NCBI GenBank assembly: GCA_965226885.1
Contig: CBDDEL010000017.1
Location: 352,001-416,000, forward strand
Length of the DNA: 64,000 nt
Source: Opitutales bacterium
GTDB lineage: Bacteria; Verrucomicrobiota; Verrucomicrobiia; Opitutales; UBA2987
Reading direction: 5' to 3'
Position 1 is the stretch's first letter. Every line of letters begins with the position of its first letter. A model generated the notes under the pieces. It did no database searches. It was not told where the DNA came from and was given only the letters and a program-made list of their open reading frames with translations. Positions 61,036 to 64,000 of this stretch are shown piece after piece. The translations under genes were made by a program, and so were the position numbers.

Positions 61036-62199
61036 TCACTGGAAAACATACTTCGCAATGCGTTCTTCATCGGGGGCCACCCCCAACCCCGGTCCCTGGG
61101 GGAGAGCGTAGGATCCGTTTTTGGGACAGAGCGAGGGGTTAGAATATTTGTCCGAAACCTCGATTTGGGTCGGTTGGTATTCCAGCAGGAAGAGCCTTTC
61201 GGTAGCCGCCGCGATGTGCAAGGCGGCCGCCGTGTACTGGGCCATGCCGGAACCGATATGGGGCGCCACCGGAACACCGTAGGAATGGCAAAGGGCAATG
61301 ACCCGCTGCCCTTCGGTGATTCCCAGTCGCCCGATGTCCGGTTGGGCCAGATCGACCGCCTTGCGCTCCAAACGCTCCTGGAACCGATAGCGGGTGCGTA
61401 ATTCTTCCCCCAGAGCGATGGGCAAATCGAGAACCCGACACAATTCACTGTAATTCCCTACCTCCTCAAAATTAAGGGGGCACTCCAGGAAACTCACCTC
61501 CAGCCCCTCCAGCGCACGGCCCAGTTCGATGGCTTCATTTAAATCGTAAACCCAATGGGCATCGATGAGAATCTTGATGGCGTCCCCGAACTCCCGTCGC
61601 AGTTTTTCCACGTGCTGGATATCTTTACGCACTCCGAGTCCGAGGGATATTTTAAAGGCCGTGAATCCTTTTTCGATCCATTCTTTAATTCGGTCGATTT
61701 GCTCCTCCACCGATTCGGCGGGAACGCCTGAAACGTAGCAGGGAATATTTTCGCGATAGGAGCCACCGAGCAGTTTATAGACCGGCTGCCCGGCCGCTTT
61801 GCCCACGATGTCCCAAAGCGCGATGTCGCAGGCGGAAATGGCGTCCACCATGAAACCGGCGTCATGGCCGCGATCCCTCAACTGATCGTAGATGCGGTCG
61901 CGCAATACGGCCCGATCATACGGATCCTCCCCGATCAACCGGGGGGCCACCAGTTCGTCCACCAGTTTTCCGACTACATGCGGCACGATTGCCGCCTGGG
62001 TTTCGCCCCAGCCCACGATCCCGTCATCGGTGGTTATTTTCACCAGATAGGTTTCCGCATTCAACGGATAAATGCCGCGGTAATGGCCGTGCCCCGTATA
62101 GGCGCCCACGCCCTTGACACTCTGACGCTCATCGTGCCCACCCATATAGGAATAGCCCGGTATACGGATGGGAAAATTTTCTACTTTTGTAATACGCAT
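61036..62199 (-). CDS. Mandelate racemase/enolase-superfamily enzyme (acid-sugar dehydratase-like)
   Basis: GWGE, DIALWDIVGK, IDAH, LECP, GEE, QPD, APH, GPGLG. Confidence 0.92.
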   Translation of the reverse strand: MRITKVENFPIRIPGYSYMGGHDERQSVKGVGAYTGHGHYRGIYPLNAETYLVKITTDDGIVGWGETQAAIVPHVVGKLVDELVAPRLIGEDPYDRAVLRDRIYDQLRDRGHDAGFMVDAISACDIALWDIVGKAAGQPVYKLLGGSYRENIPCYVSGVPAESVEEQIDRIKEWIEKGFTAFKISLGLGVRKDIQHVEKLRREFGDAIKILIDAHWVYDLNEAIELGRALEGLEVSFLECPLNFEEVGNYSELCRVLDLPIALGEELRTRYRFQERLERKAVDLAQPDIGRLGITEGQRVIALCHSYGVPVAPHIGSGMAQYTAAALHIAAATERLFLLEYQPTQIEVSDKYSNPSLCPKNGSYALPQGPGLGVAPDEERIAKYVFQ

Positions 62200-62210
62200 G
62201 ATAAATTTGG

Positions 62211-64000
62211 TTAAGGGGTGCAGGTCAGAAGCGGTTCGGAAACGCCGTTTTCCTTCAATCGGGTCATTAGTGACGCCACTGTAAAATTTTCCACCGTGCC
62301 GCTTGCTAAATAGTAAAGCCGTCCCGAAGGGCGCTCCGCCAGAGCGGCATGGTAAACGTTCTCCCAGGAATCCCGCATAGCGGCGGGTTCTTTCGGCAAA
62401 AAGAGGGTTGTCGTCTCAGCCGGAGCCACCAACTGCAACGCCCGCAAGCCGTCGGCGGAAAATTCCGACGGTATCCGTTTTTCCACTGCCCTATTGCTGA
62501 AAAGAATCGTATTCAAACACCGCAGGGCATGGAAAGGCGGCCGCGGGTTGCACAGCGTGTCGAGGAGGCCGTGGCGGATATCCATTGTTCGGTCCAGATC
62601 GATTAGGGGTTCGAAAAATAACCTGCAATCCGGCAGGAGTGCGGCGGCAAAAAGCGATTCAACCGCCTTGAGGGTATTCCAATGGTCGTTCAGCGTTGGG
62701 AGTTCGAGGAGAAAATCGATGCCCCCGATATGGCTGAGAGAGGCTTGATCGAGCAAACCGTTAATCTCTTCCCAAGGGCTTGTGGAGGTTTCCAAGCGGC
62801 AGAGGACTCGCTCAACGAAAAAGTCCTTTTCCTTCAGTGCGTCATTGAGTTGAACCAATTCTTTCAATCGATAGCCAACCCGTGTGCGGGCGTGCTGCTT
62901 GCCCTCTGTCCTCCGACCCGGAATGATCGCACAGAAAGCGATGCCCTCCACTCCCAGCGCCCGTGTTTTTTGTAAAAGGGCGCAGCTTTGCGGCGATGGA
63001 AAAATCGCGTCCGCCAGTTGAATCTCCCAAGCATCGACCCAACTCCCGCAACTCTCGATCAAGCCTGGAAGCTCTTCAACCTCCCCTTCGGGCAGGAAAA
63101 CCGTCAACTCGAATCCCTCGTCCCGCAGCATGGAGAGCCGTGCCGACTGTTTCGCATCCATCAAATCCGTCCATGGCGCCCTCACCGCCCTGACTCCAAG
63201 TTCGAGACAACTGAGAAAAGGGTAGTCGTTGCGAACCCTTTGCCGGATGGTGGACGGAAAAGCGATCGGGACCTCGGCAGATGTAACCAACGGGTGGAGC
63301 AGGGTTATACCCAGCGGGGATTTGGGGAGAGTGCCGGGCAGACGGGTAACAAGACGCTGTGAAGAGCCGCCATCGGCAATGGAAGCTTCCGTTTCCCCTC
63401 CCGTTCTGAGAAAATGCAGGTCGATCTTTTCCTTCCGAACCCGAAAGAGGTAAAAGCCGAGTTTCGGGGCGTCGTCGCGACCCTGTTCCGGGGGCGGACC
63501 GCCGGGAAAAACAGTTCCGAATCCGGGCCGGGTAAAAGATGGCGACACCAGCGTATAAAACCGGGCCGGGCCGATTCGGTCGAAGAATTGAAAATGCACA
63601 TGGCCGGTGGCGAGAACCTCAATAGAGTAGCGACGGACAAGTTCGAGCAGCCACTTACGGGCCGGTTGGCCGATATTGTCGTAATGGCCCAGAGAAGGTT
63701 CATTCTCATCCCAAAGGTAGGGCGGCAGATGAAAGAAAAGGAGTTTTCTGGCATTCTTATTCGCCTCCAGGTCGCTTTCCAGCCATTCTCTTTGCCGCTC
63801 CTCCTGCGGCAATCCCGAATTGAGTATCTGCGAGTTCAAAATGATGAAATGGCAATCCCCATGATCGAAACTGTAGCAGGAAGGGCCGAATAGGCGGTGG
63901 TATTCTTCCAGAGCTGCAGGTTTGACGGCATCGGTGGGCATTGTCTTGTCCGGCTTGTCCCCGACATCCTGGTTTCCGGCCACATGGCGAAGGTTAAATG
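62211..64000 (-). CDS. Metallophosphoesterase-domain protein with long C-terminal extension (5' partial)
   Basis: Frame is open to the window edge. AGNQDVGDK, FFHLP, TGHVH. Confidence 0.8.
   Translation of the reverse strand, partial: FNLRHVAGNQDVGDKPDKTMPTDAVKPAALEEYHRLFGPSCYSFDHGDCHFIILNSQILNSGLPQEERQREWLESDLEANKNARKLLFFHLPPYLWDENEPSLGHYDNIGQPARKWLLELVRRYSIEVLATGHVHFQFFDRIGPARFYTLVSPSFTRPGFGTVFPGGPPPEQGRDDAPKLGFYLFRVRKEKIDLHFLRTGGETEASIADGGSSQRLVTRLPGTLPKSPLGITLLHPLVTSAEVPIAFPSTIRQRVRNDYPFLSCLELGVRAVRAPWTDLMDAKQSARLSMLRDEGFELTVFLPEGEVEELPGLIESCGSWVDAWEIQLADAIFPSPQSCALLQKTRALGVEGIAFCAIIPGRRTEGKQHARTRVGYRLKELVQLNDALKEKDFFVERVLCRLETSTSPWEEINGLLDQASLSHIGGIDFLLELPTLNDHWNTLKAVESLFAAALLPDCRLFFEPLIDLDRTMDIRHGLLDTLCNPRPPFHALRCLNTILFSNRAVEKRIPSEFSADGLRALQLVAPAETTTLFLPKEPAAMRDSWENVYHAALAERPSGRLYYLASGTVENFTVASLMTRLKENGVSEPLLTCTP

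Overview
Bacterial chromosome segment, probably Verrucomicrobiota/Opitutia (inferred from the HPr, ProRS type, M16 peptidase and TorF porin sequences; not proven). It has three parts. (1) 1-17 kb is IS-riddled. It holds tRNA-Phe with a 10-bp tandem array upstream, a disrupted sigma-like/small ORF/ImmA-IrrE peptidase gene trio, amtB with a sigma-54 promoter, alphaproteobacterial-looking carAB, an IS1-split shwanavidin-like gene and a decapitated TorF porin. (2) 17-32.6 kb is mostly housekeeping: sugar kinase, proS, class III cyclase, a vapBC relic, M16 peptidase, sialidase, ABC exporter, ptsH, DEAD helicase, gluQ and an IS-split PfkB kinase. (3) 32.8-64 kb is a large catabolic cluster with two sulfatases, a sugar ABC transporter, lactonase, AKR, RidA, M81/MlrC, class III aminotransferase, HUMPS/TIM enzymes, amidohydrolase, a D-TA-type PLP enzyme, DUF3604, ComA, a 2-hydroxyacid dehydrogenase and an enolase-superfamily enzyme. 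Its divergent promoter regions share an 18-bp palindrome, AGTAAC-N6-GTTACT. Ten IS copies of five types (about one fifth of the window) were delimited by terminal inverted repeats and, where intact, target duplications. No CRISPR array or rRNA was seen. Family calls come from motif recognition by eye, not database searches.
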